This document shows, piece after piece, positions 1 to 9,966 of a stretch of DNA of 64,000 nt. The stretch is from Frisingicoccus sp. (GTDB lineage: Bacteria > Bacillota > Clostridia > Lachnospirales > Lachnospiraceae): NCBI RefSeq assembly GCF_016298055.1, contig NZ_JAEDDO010000001.1; one strand, 5' to 3'. The notes beneath the pieces were generated by a model that had not been told where the DNA came from, did no database searches, and saw only the letters and a list, made by a program, of their open reading frames with translations. Position 1 is the stretch's first letter, and each line of letters opens with the position of its first letter. A program made the position numbers and the translations under genes.

Positions 1-17
1 TTAAATATGGGGGGAAA

Positions 18-55
18 GATGGGAGAAAAGCCAGAAGGTTTTTCTCCTGTCTTTT
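18..55 (+). terminator. Intrinsic terminator-like hairpin of an upstream gene
   Basis: GATGGGAGAAAAGCC-agaa-GGTTTTTCTCCTGTC stem (with G-U pairs) followed by TTTT. Confidence 0.55.
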
Positions 56-101
56 CGTGCGTAAAATTACGCATACATTATTATTTTAAAGTTAGAGAGG
101 A

Positions 102-686
102 ATGTTAATAATGTATTTAATAGCAGGATTGGGTAATCCTTCAAAAACGTATGAGGGAACCAGACATAATGTCGGATTTTCCATGATTGATGCATTAGCA
201 GATGCATTTCAAATCGATGTGACAACAAAAAAGCACAAGGCCATTGTCGGCAGAGGTGTTATTGAAGGAATGAAAGTTATTTTGGCAAAACCGCAGACCT
301 ATATGAATCTCAGCGGTGAGAGCATTCGCGAGATTGCCGATTTCTATAAAATTGACCCGGAAAATATGATTATTATATATGATGATATCAGTCTGGATGT
401 AGGGCGTCTTAGAATACGCAAAAAGGGAAGTGCAGGCGGCCATAATGGCATTAAAAATATTATTGCTCATCTGGGAACAGATGTGTTTCCAAGAATTAAA
501 GTTGGGGTTGGCGAGAAACCTCAGGGATGGGATCTGGCAGATTATGTTTTGTCAAAATATTCTAAAGAGGAACAGCAGGCTTTAAGAGAAGCGTCGGATA
601 ATGTGATTGGCGCAGTTAAATTGATGGTGATGGATAATATTGATGCAGCAATGAATCAATATAATGCTAAGAAGAGGGATGTATAG
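102..686 (+). CDS. pth: Peptidyl-tRNA hydrolase (start may be ATG 111)
   Basis: GLGNP..Y..TRHNVGF, KPQTYMNLSG, GSAGGHNG motifs; directly upstream of mfd. Confidence 0.97.
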   Translation: MLIMYLIAGLGNPSKTYEGTRHNVGFSMIDALADAFQIDVTTKKHKAIVGRGVIEGMKVILAKPQTYMNLSGESIREIADFYKIDPENMIIIYDDISLDVGRLRIRKKGSAGGHNGIKNIIAHLGTDVFPRIKVGVGEKPQGWDLADYVLSKYSKEEQQALREASDNVIGAVKLMVMDNIDAAMNQYNAKKRDV

Positions 687-3600
687 TGAAATTATTCAGA
701 GAACCGTTGCTTGAGCTGGGGGAATATGAGCGTATTCAGGAAAACCTTCGGGACCTTGAATGTCCGGTGTGGATCGATGGCTGTGTGGATGCTCAGAAAA
801 CACATTGGATGGCAAGCTTTAGTGAGGAATATCCATTTAAATTGATTATTACTCATAATGAGAAGCGTGTGAAAGATATATATGAAGATTATCGTTTCTT
901 TGATAAGAATGTCTATGATTATCCGTCAAGAGATATTATTTTTTATAGTGCGGATATTCACGGTCAGGCACTGGTTCAGCAGCGGCTTCGGGTTATCCGC
1001 AAACTTCTGGATCATGAGCCGGTGACAGTCATAACAACAATGGATGGCCTGATGGACAGTCTGATACCTCTGGAAAAAATAGCACAGCAGGTTATTGATC
1101 TTCGCGAAGGAAGTATTGTGGACAGAGAAAGTCTGGCAAAAAGACTGGTCAATCTTGGATTTGAGAGAGGGGTGCAGGTCGAAGGACCGGGACAATTTTC
1201 TATTCGGGGAGGAATTCTTGATTTTTACAATTTATCGGATGACTGTCCGTACCGTATTGAATTTTGGGATGATGAAATCGATACAATACGAAGTTTTGAT
1301 GTGGATAGTCAGCGTTCGATTGAGCGTCATAAGTCTGTCAGTATTTATCCCGCATCCGAGTTGATCTTTACGGAAACAAAGATTCAGAAAGGTCTTCAGA
1401 AATTAAAAAAAGATGTGGATAAGTCAAGTCAGGTATTTAAAAAGAATGGAGATCCGCAGGGAGCTGCTAATTTAAAACATTTTTATGAGGAGATAAGTGA
1501 AGCATTTGATTTTTCGATTGGCAGTGCCAATCTTGCCAGCCTGATTCGGTATTTTTATGAAGATCGAGCTTCGTTTTTGGATTATTTTCCTGAAAAGGAA
1601 ACACTTATATTTTTAGATGAGCCTGCAAGACTTAGTGAGAGAATGGCAGGAGTGACCCGGGAATTTGAGGAAAGCATGAAAGGGCGTCTGGAAAAAGGAT
1701 ATATTGTGTCAGGGCAGATGGATATCCTTTATTCTGAAAAAGATTTGTTTCATAAGCTGGGAAAAAGAAGATGCCTGCTTTTAAGTACAATCGGACAGCA
1801 TTTGGAGCATTTGAAGCCGATGCACAAATATCATCTGGAAGTGCATTCCATACAATCTTATCAGCGTAATTTTGAGCTGCTTGTAAAGGACTTGAAACAG
1901 TGGAAAAAAAACAGATATCGTATGATATTGGTAGCCTTTTCGCGTACACGGGCGGAGCATTTGGCAAAAGATCTGAGAGAGTATGGCATGGAACCGGTGG
2001 TAGCCGAGTCGGAAGAAAGTACAGTAGAGCCGGGACAGCTTGTGATATGCCACGGAAATCTGCATAGCGGTGTGGAATATCCAATGATAAAATTTGTTAT
2101 TTTATCAGAGAGTGACATTTTTGGTGAAGGCAAAAAAAGGCGTAAAAAGAAAAGAGAATACAGCGGACAGAAATTAAACAGCTTTATGGATATGAATATT
2201 GGCGATTATGTCGTACATGAAAACCATGGTCTGGGTATCTATAAAGGTATAGAAAAAATAGAAGTAGATAAAGTAGAAAAAGATTATATAAAAATAGAAT
2301 ATTCCGGTGGGGATAACCTTTACATCCTGGCAACTCAGTTGGATATGATACAAAAATATGCCAGCGCGGATGCAAAACGACCGAAGCTTAACAAGCTGGG
2401 CGGCCAGGAATGGAGCCGGACAAAACACAGAGTACGAGGGGCAGTAAAAGATCTGGCAGAGGATCTGATTAAATTATATGCGGCAAGGCAATCTCAGAAA
2501 GGATATGTCTTTGGTCCGGATACGATCTGGCAGAGAGAATTTGAGGAAGCATTTCCTTATGCGGAGACAGAGGATCAGCTGACGGCCATTGAAGATACAA
2601 AGCGGGATATGGAGAGCAGCAAAATAATGGATCGTCTGATCTGCGGGGATGTGGGATACGGAAAGACGGAGGTAGCTATTCGTGCGGCTTTTAAAGCGGT
2701 TCAGGATGGAAAACAGGTAGCCGTTCTTGTCCCGACAACGATTCTGGCTCAACAGCACTATAATACATTTGTTCAGAGGATGAAAGAATATCCGGTCATT
2801 ATACGAACAATGTCTCGTTTTCGTACAAAAACAGAGCAGGCGGCAACAGTGAAGGAATTAAAAAAGGGTATGGTGGATATTCTGATTGGAACACATCGTA
2901 TTTTATCCAGGGATGTGGAATTTAAAAATCTGGGTCTGCTCATCGTTGATGAGGAGCAGCGTTTTGGTGTGGCCCACAAAGAAAAGATCAAACAGCTCAG
3001 AGAAAACATTGACGTACTCACTCTGTCAGCGACACCGATCCCGAGAACACTTCATATGAGCATGATCGGCATTCGGGATATGAGTACACTCAGTGAACCG
3101 CCGATGGACCGTATGCCGATTCAGACCTATGTTATGGAATATAATGATGAGATGGTAAGGGAAGCCATCGTCCGGGAGACAGGAAGAGGCGGTCAGGTCT
3201 ATTATGTATTTAACCGTGTGAATGGGATTGTCGAGATGGCGGCAGCAATTCAGAAACTTGTTCCGGATGTGGAAGTCGCATTTGCACATGGGCAGATGAG
3301 TGAGCGTGAGCTGGAAAAAGTGATGTATCGGTTTATCAATGGTGAAATTGATGTACTTGTCTCGACGACGATCATAGAAACGGGACTGGATATTTCAAAT
3401 GTGAATACAATGATCATTCACGATGCAGATAAGCTTGGACTTTCCCAGTTATATCAGCTCAGAGGAAGAGTAGGACGTTCAAATCGTACCGCATATGCAT
3501 TTTTACTCTATCAGCGAAATACGGTCCTGCGCGAAGTGGCTGAAAAACGGCTGGCGGCAATTCGTGAGTTCACCGAGTTTGGCTCAGGGTTTAAAATTGC

Positions 3601-4237
3601 CATGAGGGATCTTGAAATACGAGGTGCGGGCAATCTGCTTGGACAGCAGCAAAGCGGGCATATGGAGTCTGTCGGTTATGATCTGTACTGCAAAATGCTG
3701 AACGAAGCTGTTATGAAATTAAAAGGTGATCCGGTTGTTGAAGATAACTTTGAGACGGTACTTGATCTGGATATTGATGCTTTTATTCCGTCTTCTTATA
3801 TTAAAAATGAAGTTCAGAAACTGGAGATTTATAAACGGATTGCGGGCATTGAAAATGAAGAAGAATATGAAGAGATGATAGATGAGCTCAGTGACCGTTT
3901 TGGAGAACTTCCGAAGTCGGCTCAAAATCTTTTGGATATTGCACTTTTAAAGGCTCAGGCTCATGAGGCCTGCATTACACAGCTCTCGTGCAGAAACGGG
4001 GAAACAAAGATATTTCTTTATAAGAATGCACAGGTGTGTGTGGAAAAAATTCCGGAACTGGTACAAAGGTATGGTGCAAGACTTCGCTTCAAATCTGCAG
4101 AACAGCCGCATTTTATATTAAAAATGAAAAAAGAAGAGATGCAGAATATTTTAAAATGTGAAAAAAGTGTGATAAAAGATATAAAAGGATTGCTTGAAGA
4201 TGAGAAATCAACTATAATGGACAAAGTTGAAAAATAA
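686..4237 (+). CDS. mfd: Transcription-repair coupling factor
   Basis: UvrB-like N-terminus, GDYVVHENHG (CarD/RID), GDVGYGKTEVA Walker A, DEEQRFG, QLRGRVGRS, C-terminal TRCF domain. Confidence 0.98.
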   Translation: MKLFREPLLELGEYERIQENLRDLECPVWIDGCVDAQKTHWMASFSEEYPFKLIITHNEKRVKDIYEDYRFFDKNVYDYPSRDIIFYSADIHGQALVQQRLRVIRKLLDHEPVTVITTMDGLMDSLIPLEKIAQQVIDLREGSIVDRESLAKRLVNLGFERGVQVEGPGQFSIRGGILDFYNLSDDCPYRIEFWDDEIDTIRSFDVDSQRSIERHKSVSIYPASELIFTETKIQKGLQKLKKDVDKSSQVFKKNGDPQGAANLKHFYEEISEAFDFSIGSANLASLIRYFYEDRASFLDYFPEKETLIFLDEPARLSERMAGVTREFEESMKGRLEKGYIVSGQMDILYSEKDLFHKLGKRRCLLLSTIGQHLEHLKPMHKYHLEVHSIQSYQRNFELLVKDLKQWKKNRYRMILVAFSRTRAEHLAKDLREYGMEPVVAESEESTVEPGQLVICHGNLHSGVEYPMIKFVILSESDIFGEGKKRRKKKREYSGQKLNSFMDMNIGDYVVHENHGLGIYKGIEKIEVDKVEKDYIKIEYSGGDNLYILATQLDMIQKYASADAKRPKLNKLGGQEWSRTKHRVRGAVKDLAEDLIKLYAARQSQKGYVFGPDTIWQREFEEAFPYAETEDQLTAIEDTKRDMESSKIMDRLICGDVGYGKTEVAIRAAFKAVQDGKQVAVLVPTTILAQQHYNTFVQRMKEYPVIIRTMSRFRTKTEQAATVKELKKGMVDILIGTHRILSRDVEFKNLGLLIVDEEQRFGVAHKEKIKQLRENIDVLTLSATPIPRTLHMSMIGIRDMSTLSEPPMDRMPIQTYVMEYNDEMVREAIVRETGRGGQVYYVFNRVNGIVEMAAAIQKLVPDVEVAFAHGQMSERELEKVMYRFINGEIDVLVSTTIIETGLDISNVNTMIIHDADKLGLSQLYQLRGRVGRSNRTAYAFLLYQRNTVLREVAEKRLAAIREFTEFGSGFKIAMRDLEIRGAGNLLGQQQSGHMESVGYDLYCKMLNEAVMKLKGDPVVEDNFETVLDLDIDAFIPSSYIKNEVQKLEIYKRIAGIENEEEYEEMIDELSDRFGELPKSAQNLLDIALLKAQAHEACITQLSCRNGETKIFLYKNAQVCVEKIPELVQRYGARLRFKSAEQPHFILKMKKEEMQNILKCEKSVIKDIKGLLEDEKSTIMDKVEK

Positions 4238-4261
4238 GAAATCAGGAGGAACTGAAAAGAT

Positions 4262-5431
4262 ATGAAGAATTGGATGAAGAGAATCGTTTCCGCAGCAGTT
4301 GTGGTCAGTATGTCCGTTGCTCTTTTAGCAGGCTGCGGCAAAAGTCAGACATCATCAACAACAGCTGATGCAGCGATTACGATGGATGAAGGCAGCGTGA
4401 GCATGGATGAAGCAAAACTTTATGCTTATGTTATGAAGAGCCAGTATGAAGCATACTATGGAAGTGAAATCTGGGATATGGAGATAGAAGAAGGAACAAC
4501 TTTTGGCGACTCTATGAAAGAGATGATCACAAAAGAACTTGTTCAGATGGTCCTGCTCAGTTCCAAAGCAGATGATTACGGTGTTTCTTTAAGTGATGAG
4601 GATAAATCTTCTGTAGATGAATATATATCAAATTTTAAGACGAATGTCGGTGAAGATGTCATGGCAGCTGAGGGTATCACAGAAGATGCTATCCGTTCAG
4701 TCGTAGAGAAGAGCACATTGGCCGGTTATGTTTATCAGAAGATGATGGAAGAAGAAGCGGTTGAATTGACAGATGAGGAGACCGAAGACGCAAGATGTAT
4801 TAAAGTACAGCATGTTTTAATTTCCACAACAGAGACAACAAAGAAAGACAGCGAAGGCAATAACGTGGATATGACAGATGAGGAGAAAGAAGCCTATCTG
4901 GCAGAACAGAAAGCAAAAGCCGAAGAAGTTCTTGAGAAAGCAAAGAATGGAGAAGATTTTAAAGCTTTATCAGACGAATATACAGCAGAGAATGCCGGAT
5001 TTGAATTTTCATTTGATAAGAATGGTTATGATCCGGTAAATCAGTCCTCTATGGTAGAACCTTTCTACACAGCAGCATGGGAGCTTGAAGAAGGACAGAT
5101 CAGTGATCTTGTTGAGAGTCAGTATGGCTATCATATTATTAAATGTATCTCTCTGAATGATGAGGAAGCTACAGCGGCTTCTGTTGAGGCGGCAAAAGAA
5201 AGCAAGAAGTATACAAGCATCAACGATAAGATCACACAGATGGTAGAAGAAGCAAAATATACAGAGTCCGATGCATGGAAAGAATATAAGATTGTTTCCA
5301 AGACAGATGAGACAACGGATGAAACAGGAAGTGCTGCAGATACAACAGCAGAATCTTCTTCCGAAACAGATACTGAAACAACAGCATCTGAGACTTCATC
5401 TTCTGAAACTGAATCTGAAACACAAAAATAA
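4262..5431 (+). CDS. prsA: PrsA-like parvulin peptidyl-prolyl isomerase lipoprotein
   Basis: Lipobox LLAGC; VQHVLI and ISDLVESQYGYHII rotamase motifs; Ser/Thr/Glu-rich tail; typical position after mfd. Confidence 0.85.
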   Translation: MKNWMKRIVSAAVVVSMSVALLAGCGKSQTSSTTADAAITMDEGSVSMDEAKLYAYVMKSQYEAYYGSEIWDMEIEEGTTFGDSMKEMITKELVQMVLLSSKADDYGVSLSDEDKSSVDEYISNFKTNVGEDVMAAEGITEDAIRSVVEKSTLAGYVYQKMMEEEAVELTDEETEDARCIKVQHVLISTTETTKKDSEGNNVDMTDEEKEAYLAEQKAKAEEVLEKAKNGEDFKALSDEYTAENAGFEFSFDKNGYDPVNQSSMVEPFYTAAWELEEGQISDLVESQYGYHIIKCISLNDEEATAASVEAAKESKKYTSINDKITQMVEEAKYTESDAWKEYKIVSKTDETTDETGSAADTTAESSSETDTETTASETSSSETESETQK

Positions 5432-5447
5432 TTCAAAAAACAGGTTT

Positions 5448-5478
5448 GAGCACCTTCCGGGAGGAAGGTGCTTTTTTT
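5448..5478 (+). terminator. Intrinsic terminator
   Basis: AGCACCTTCC-ggga-GGAAGGTGCT followed by a T tract. Confidence 0.85.
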
Positions 5479-5544
5479 AATCTAAGGGACATTTTTTATA
5501 AGGCACTCTCGCACATGAATACGTTAATTAAGTAAAGAATTTTG

Positions 5545-5573
5545 TTGACAATCCTAAAAACCGATTGTATAGT
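5545..5573 (+). promoter_or_regulatory. Sigma-A promoter
   Basis: TTGACA-17nt-TATAGT upstream of the DUF554 gene. Confidence 0.7.
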
Positions 5574-5610
5574 ATTAATACTGGAAAAATTTCGGAAAGA
5601 GGGAAGATAG

Positions 5611-6291
5611 ATGCTGGGAGTATTTGTCAATGTGGCAACTGTGTTTATCGGGAGTCTTGTTGGTCTGCTTTTAAAGAAGGGTATTCCGGATAAAGTCACA
5701 GGGGCTTTAATGGCAGGCATTGGTCTGTGTACGATTTATATCGGAATATCCGGTGCTCTGAATGGAGAGAATACACTTGTGTTGATTCTATCTATGGCGA
5801 TCGGCACCATCATCGGTACGCTGCTGGATATTGACGGGCAGTTGAATCGCCTTGCTGCTTATGTTGAAAGTAAATTTAAGCAGGAAAACGGGCAGGTAAC
5901 CGTAGTGGAAGGCTTTGTCACGGCCAGTCTCCTTTTTTGTGTGGGGGCTATGACGATTGTCGGTTCGCTTCAGGCCGGCTTAACAGGGGATTGCGAGATG
6001 CTTTTTACAAAGGCCACATTGGATTTGATTTCGTCCTGTGTTCTGGCTGCGAGTTTAGGTATCGGTGTTATGCTATCAGATATTTTTGTTTTTGTATTTC
6101 AGGGTGGTTTAGTTCTTCTTGCACGGGTCATTGCCCCGTTTTTAACCGATTATGCCATTCATGAGATGACGTGTGCCGGATCCGTACTGATCATTGCATT
6201 AGGACTGAATTTGATCGGAGTGACGAAAATCAAGGTGGCGAATTATTTGCCGGTTCTGTTGATTCCTCCGATTTTGTGCATGTTTATGTAA
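5611..6291 (+). CDS. DUF554 (YdfK/YqgA-like) membrane protein
   Basis: Multi-TM; GFVTASLLFCVGAMTIVGS signature. Confidence 0.85.
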   Translation: MLGVFVNVATVFIGSLVGLLLKKGIPDKVTGALMAGIGLCTIYIGISGALNGENTLVLILSMAIGTIIGTLLDIDGQLNRLAAYVESKFKQENGQVTVVEGFVTASLLFCVGAMTIVGSLQAGLTGDCEMLFTKATLDLISSCVLAASLGIGVMLSDIFVFVFQGGLVLLARVIAPFLTDYAIHEMTCAGSVLIIALGLNLIGVTKIKVANYLPVLLIPPILCMFM

Positions 6292-6376
6292 ATTTATGAA
6301 TTTGATGTGTACAAATATAAAAATCATGATAAAATAATAATTATATGTGGAAATGATAAAATAGAGGAGATATACC

Positions 6377-7669
6377 ATGAAAAAAGAGATGAAACCAATC
6401 CAGCTTGCGATTATGGGAGCGGGAACAGTAGGCGGCGGTGTATATAAACTGCTTCAGATGCGTAAAGATGATATGTATTTGAGAGCCGGTACGGATATTG
6501 AGATTAAGAAGATTCTTGTAAAAAGTATTTCAGAAACACGTAAAGATGTGGATGCTTCTTTATTAACAGAGAATTTTGAGGATATTGTGAACGATGAGAG
6601 CATTCAGATCGTTGTTGAAGTTATGGGCGGCATTGAGCCGGCACGTACATTTATTCTTCGGTGCCTGAATGCAGGAAAGAGCGTTGTAACTGCGAATAAA
6701 GATTTAATCGCAGTGCATGGAAGAGAACTTCTTGATGCAGCAGAAGCCAATCATGTAGACTTTTTATTTGAAGCGTCCTGTGCAGGTGGTATTCCGATTA
6801 TCCGTCCTTTGAAAGAATGCCTTGTTGGCAACGATATTACAGAAATTATGGGTATCGTTAATGGTACAACGAATTATATTCTGACAAAGATGGATCAGGA
6901 GAATATGGAATTTGATGAGGCATTGGCAAAAGCTACAGAGTTAGGATATGCCGAGGCAGATCCGACAGCTGATGTGGAAGGTCTGGATGCAGGACGCAAG
7001 ATGGCCATTATGGGGTCGATCGGTTTCCATTCAAGAATAACATTTGATGATGTTTATACAGAAGGTATTACACGTATTACATCAAAAGATATAAAATATG
7101 CAAAAGATATGGACTGTGTCATTAAACTTCTCGGAATTGCCCGCCATACAGAAAGCGGTGTGGAAGTTCGTGTACATCCGACCCTGATTCGAAAAGATCA
7201 TCCGCTGGCATCGGTTAATGATGTATTTAATGCAGTTTTTGTTCATGGAGATGCTGTAGATGATACTATGTTCTATGGACGAGGTGCAGGTGAGCTTCCT
7301 ACAGCAAGTGCAGTTGTCGGCGATGTGATCGAAGTTGCCAGAAACATTATCTATGGATGTTTGTCCAGAGTCGGATGCAGCTGCTATAAAGAACTTCCTA
7401 TTAAGGGAATTGGCGATATTGAGAGTAAATACTTTGTCCGTATGATCGTCAGCGACTGTGCCGGAGTACTTGGAAATGTGGCAAGTATTCTTGGAAATAA
7501 TCATGTGAGCATTGAACAGATCATTCAGCGTCCGGCAGGTGATGGTATGGCTGAGATCGTTGCAATAACTGATGTTGTACAGGAGAAGAATTTTAAAGCG
7601 GCTATGCAGACATTGAGCGATATGTCCTTTGTACAGGAAATTTCTTCAATGATTCGTGTATACGCATAA
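6377..7669 (+). CDS. hom: Homoserine dehydrogenase with C-terminal ACT domain
   Basis: GAGTVGGG, VVTANK, GIVNGTTNYIL, GYAEADPT, YGRGAG. Confidence 0.96.
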   Translation: MKKEMKPIQLAIMGAGTVGGGVYKLLQMRKDDMYLRAGTDIEIKKILVKSISETRKDVDASLLTENFEDIVNDESIQIVVEVMGGIEPARTFILRCLNAGKSVVTANKDLIAVHGRELLDAAEANHVDFLFEASCAGGIPIIRPLKECLVGNDITEIMGIVNGTTNYILTKMDQENMEFDEALAKATELGYAEADPTADVEGLDAGRKMAIMGSIGFHSRITFDDVYTEGITRITSKDIKYAKDMDCVIKLLGIARHTESGVEVRVHPTLIRKDHPLASVNDVFNAVFVHGDAVDDTMFYGRGAGELPTASAVVGDVIEVARNIIYGCLSRVGCSCYKELPIKGIGDIESKYFVRMIVSDCAGVLGNVASILGNNHVSIEQIIQRPAGDGMAEIVAITDVVQEKNFKAAMQTLSDMSFVQEISSMIRVYA

Positions 7670-7673
7670 TTTC

Positions 7674-7701
7674 AGGGGGTGTCATAGCGACGCCCCTTTT
7701 T
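7674..7701 (+). terminator. Intrinsic terminator
   Basis: GGGGTGTC-atagc-GACGCCCC followed by TTTTT. Confidence 0.75.
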
Positions 7702-7740
7702 CACTTTAAACTTTTATTGTGGAGAACAGGGGGAGCGTTT

Positions 7741-8571
7741 ATGAAGGATGAATATAAAAGAATAATGGCGTGTGTGGAGTGTATTCAAAAAAAAGTAAAT
7801 TTCCATCCGAAGGTGGCACTGGTACTTGGATCCGGTCTCGGAGATTACGGAGACAACATTGATATCCGATACCGTGTGGATTATGCTGAAATTGATAATT
7901 TTCCGATATCGACGGTAGAAGGACATCAGGGTCGTTTTTTGTTTGGATATATTAAAGATGTGCCGGTTGTTGTTATGCAGGGGCGTATTCATTATTATGA
8001 AGGGTATTCCATGTCGGATGTGGTGCTTCCGATCCGCCTCATGCATTTGATGGGTGCGGAGATCCTTATGTTGACAAATTCTTCCGGAGGGTTGAATCCG
8101 GATTTTGTTCCGGGAGATTTAATGATGATTACAGATCAGATTTCAACCTTCGTTCCGTCACCTTTAATTGGGAAAAATATTGATGAATTAGGAACACGTT
8201 TTCCGGATATGACGCATATTTACGATCGATCGCTTCAGCAGATGATACGTGATGTGGCAAAAGATATGGATTTTTCCCTGAAGGAAGGCGTTTATATTCA
8301 ATTTACCGGTCCAAACTATGAATCACCTGCGGAGGTTCAGATGGCTCGTTTGCTCGGAGCGGATGCAGTTGCAATGAGTACAGCCTGCGAGGCTGTTGCA
8401 GCAAAACATATGGGAATGAGGATATGCGGAATATCCTGCATATCCAATATGGCTGCGGGAATCACAGGACAGCCTTTAAGTCATGAGGAAGTCAAAGCAG
8501 CAGGAGAGAGGGTAGCTCCAGTCTTTTCGAAATTGGTGACAGAAAGTATTGTAAAAATGGGGCAGTGCTAA
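7741..8571 (+). CDS. punA: Purine nucleoside phosphorylase (trimeric type)
   Basis: LVLGSGLG, QGRIHYYEGY, GPNYE, GADAVAMST; SD GGGGAG before ATG 7741. Confidence 0.93.
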   Translation: MKDEYKRIMACVECIQKKVNFHPKVALVLGSGLGDYGDNIDIRYRVDYAEIDNFPISTVEGHQGRFLFGYIKDVPVVVMQGRIHYYEGYSMSDVVLPIRLMHLMGAEILMLTNSSGGLNPDFVPGDLMMITDQISTFVPSPLIGKNIDELGTRFPDMTHIYDRSLQQMIRDVAKDMDFSLKEGVYIQFTGPNYESPAEVQMARLLGADAVAMSTACEAVAAKHMGMRICGISCISNMAAGITGQPLSHEEVKAAGERVAPVFSKLVTESIVKMGQC

Positions 8572-8584
8572 ATGAGGTAGTGTT

Positions 8585-9964
8585 ATGAAAATTATTATTG
8601 TGGGATGTGGCAAGGTCGGATATACATTGGCTGAGCAGCTCAGTGAAGAGGGACATGAGATTGCTGTTATTGAGCCGCGCAGTGAGAGAATTCAGGCAGC
8701 AGTGGATGCGTTGGATATTATCGGTTATGTGGGGAATGGTAACAGTTACAAAATGCAGAAAGAGGCAGGGGTAGAGGATGCCGATCTTTTAATTGCCGTG
8801 ACAGGACATGATGAAGTCAATCTTTTAAGCTGCCTGATCGCTAAAAAGGCAGGTAACTGTAAGACAATTGCCAGAGTAAGAAATCCGGAATATATGGACG
8901 ATATTGATTTTATACGTGAGGAGCTGGGTTTATCCCTGTCCATCAATCCGGAGTATGCAACGGCAAGAGATATCGAGCGCTTGATTCAGGTACCATCGGC
9001 ACTTGACGTGGATACTTTTGCGAAAGGGCGGGCCTATATGTTTCGGTTGGAGATACCGAAAGGATCGCCTTGGGATGAGATGCGGGTCATGGATGTGGCT
9101 GTCAAATACGGTAATCATTTTCTGATCTGCATTCTGGAACGCGGTGAAGAAGTTGTGATCCCAAGCGGTAATACGGTATTAAAATCGGGAGATAAGATAT
9201 CTATGCTGGCACCTGCTGAGACGATGAATGCCTTGTTTCATACGATTGGTATTAAAGCCCGGCTGATTCGGAATGTAATGATCGCGGGGGGAGGAACTAT
9301 CGCTTATTATCTGGCTCAGAGATTATTAAAAGCAAAAGTAAATATTACAATTATTGACAAGGACCTCAAGCGATGTAATGAGCTGAGTGAAAAACTGGAT
9401 AAAGCGATTATTATTCACGGGGATGCCTCAGACAGTAAACTTCTTCTGGAAGAAGGATTAGAGCGTATGGATGCTTTTGTATCTCTGACGAATTTTGATG
9501 AAGAGAATATTATGCTGTCACTCTATGCGAATCAGGTTTCAAATGTTAAGCTGATCACAAAAGTCAATAAGATTGATTTTGAGGGTATTGTCCGCAGCAT
9601 TCCGATTGGAAGTATTATCAGTCCGAAATATCTGACAGCGGAACATATCATCCAGTTTGTCAGAGATCTGGAAAACAGCATGGTCAATGAACGTGACAGT
9701 AAGGTTGAGATGGTGTACCGTGTTGCAGATAATAAGGCGGAGGCACTTGAATTTTCCGTTGAGGAAGAATCAAAAGTTACGAACATTCCGATCATGAACT
9801 TAAAATTAAAGCCGGGACTGCTTTTATGCAGCATCCTTCGGGATAATACAGTTATCATTCCTTCCGGGCAGGACTGTATACGTGCGGGAGATAAGGTGGT
9901 TATTGTGACGAAGGAAGGTCATTTGAATCGACTGGAAGATATTTTAAGCGGGGCGATGAGATAA
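8585..9964 (+). CDS. trkA: Trk potassium uptake NAD-binding subunit
   Basis: Two RCK_N/RCK_C repeats (IIVGCGKVG; MIAGGGTIA). Confidence 0.94.
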   Translation: MKIIIVGCGKVGYTLAEQLSEEGHEIAVIEPRSERIQAAVDALDIIGYVGNGNSYKMQKEAGVEDADLLIAVTGHDEVNLLSCLIAKKAGNCKTIARVRNPEYMDDIDFIREELGLSLSINPEYATARDIERLIQVPSALDVDTFAKGRAYMFRLEIPKGSPWDEMRVMDVAVKYGNHFLICILERGEEVVIPSGNTVLKSGDKISMLAPAETMNALFHTIGIKARLIRNVMIAGGGTIAYYLAQRLLKAKVNITIIDKDLKRCNELSEKLDKAIIIHGDASDSKLLLEEGLERMDAFVSLTNFDEENIMLSLYANQVSNVKLITKVNKIDFEGIVRSIPIGSIISPKYLTAEHIIQFVRDLENSMVNERDSKVEMVYRVADNKAEALEFSVEEESKVTNIPIMNLKLKPGLLLCSILRDNTVIIPSGQDCIRAGDKVVIVTKEGHLNRLEDILSGAMR

Positions 9965-9966
9965 TT

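Noticed and set aside
5290-5428. Repetitive GAAACA/ACAGCA-rich DNA
   Set aside because: Explained by the Ser/Thr/Glu low-complexity tail of PrsA
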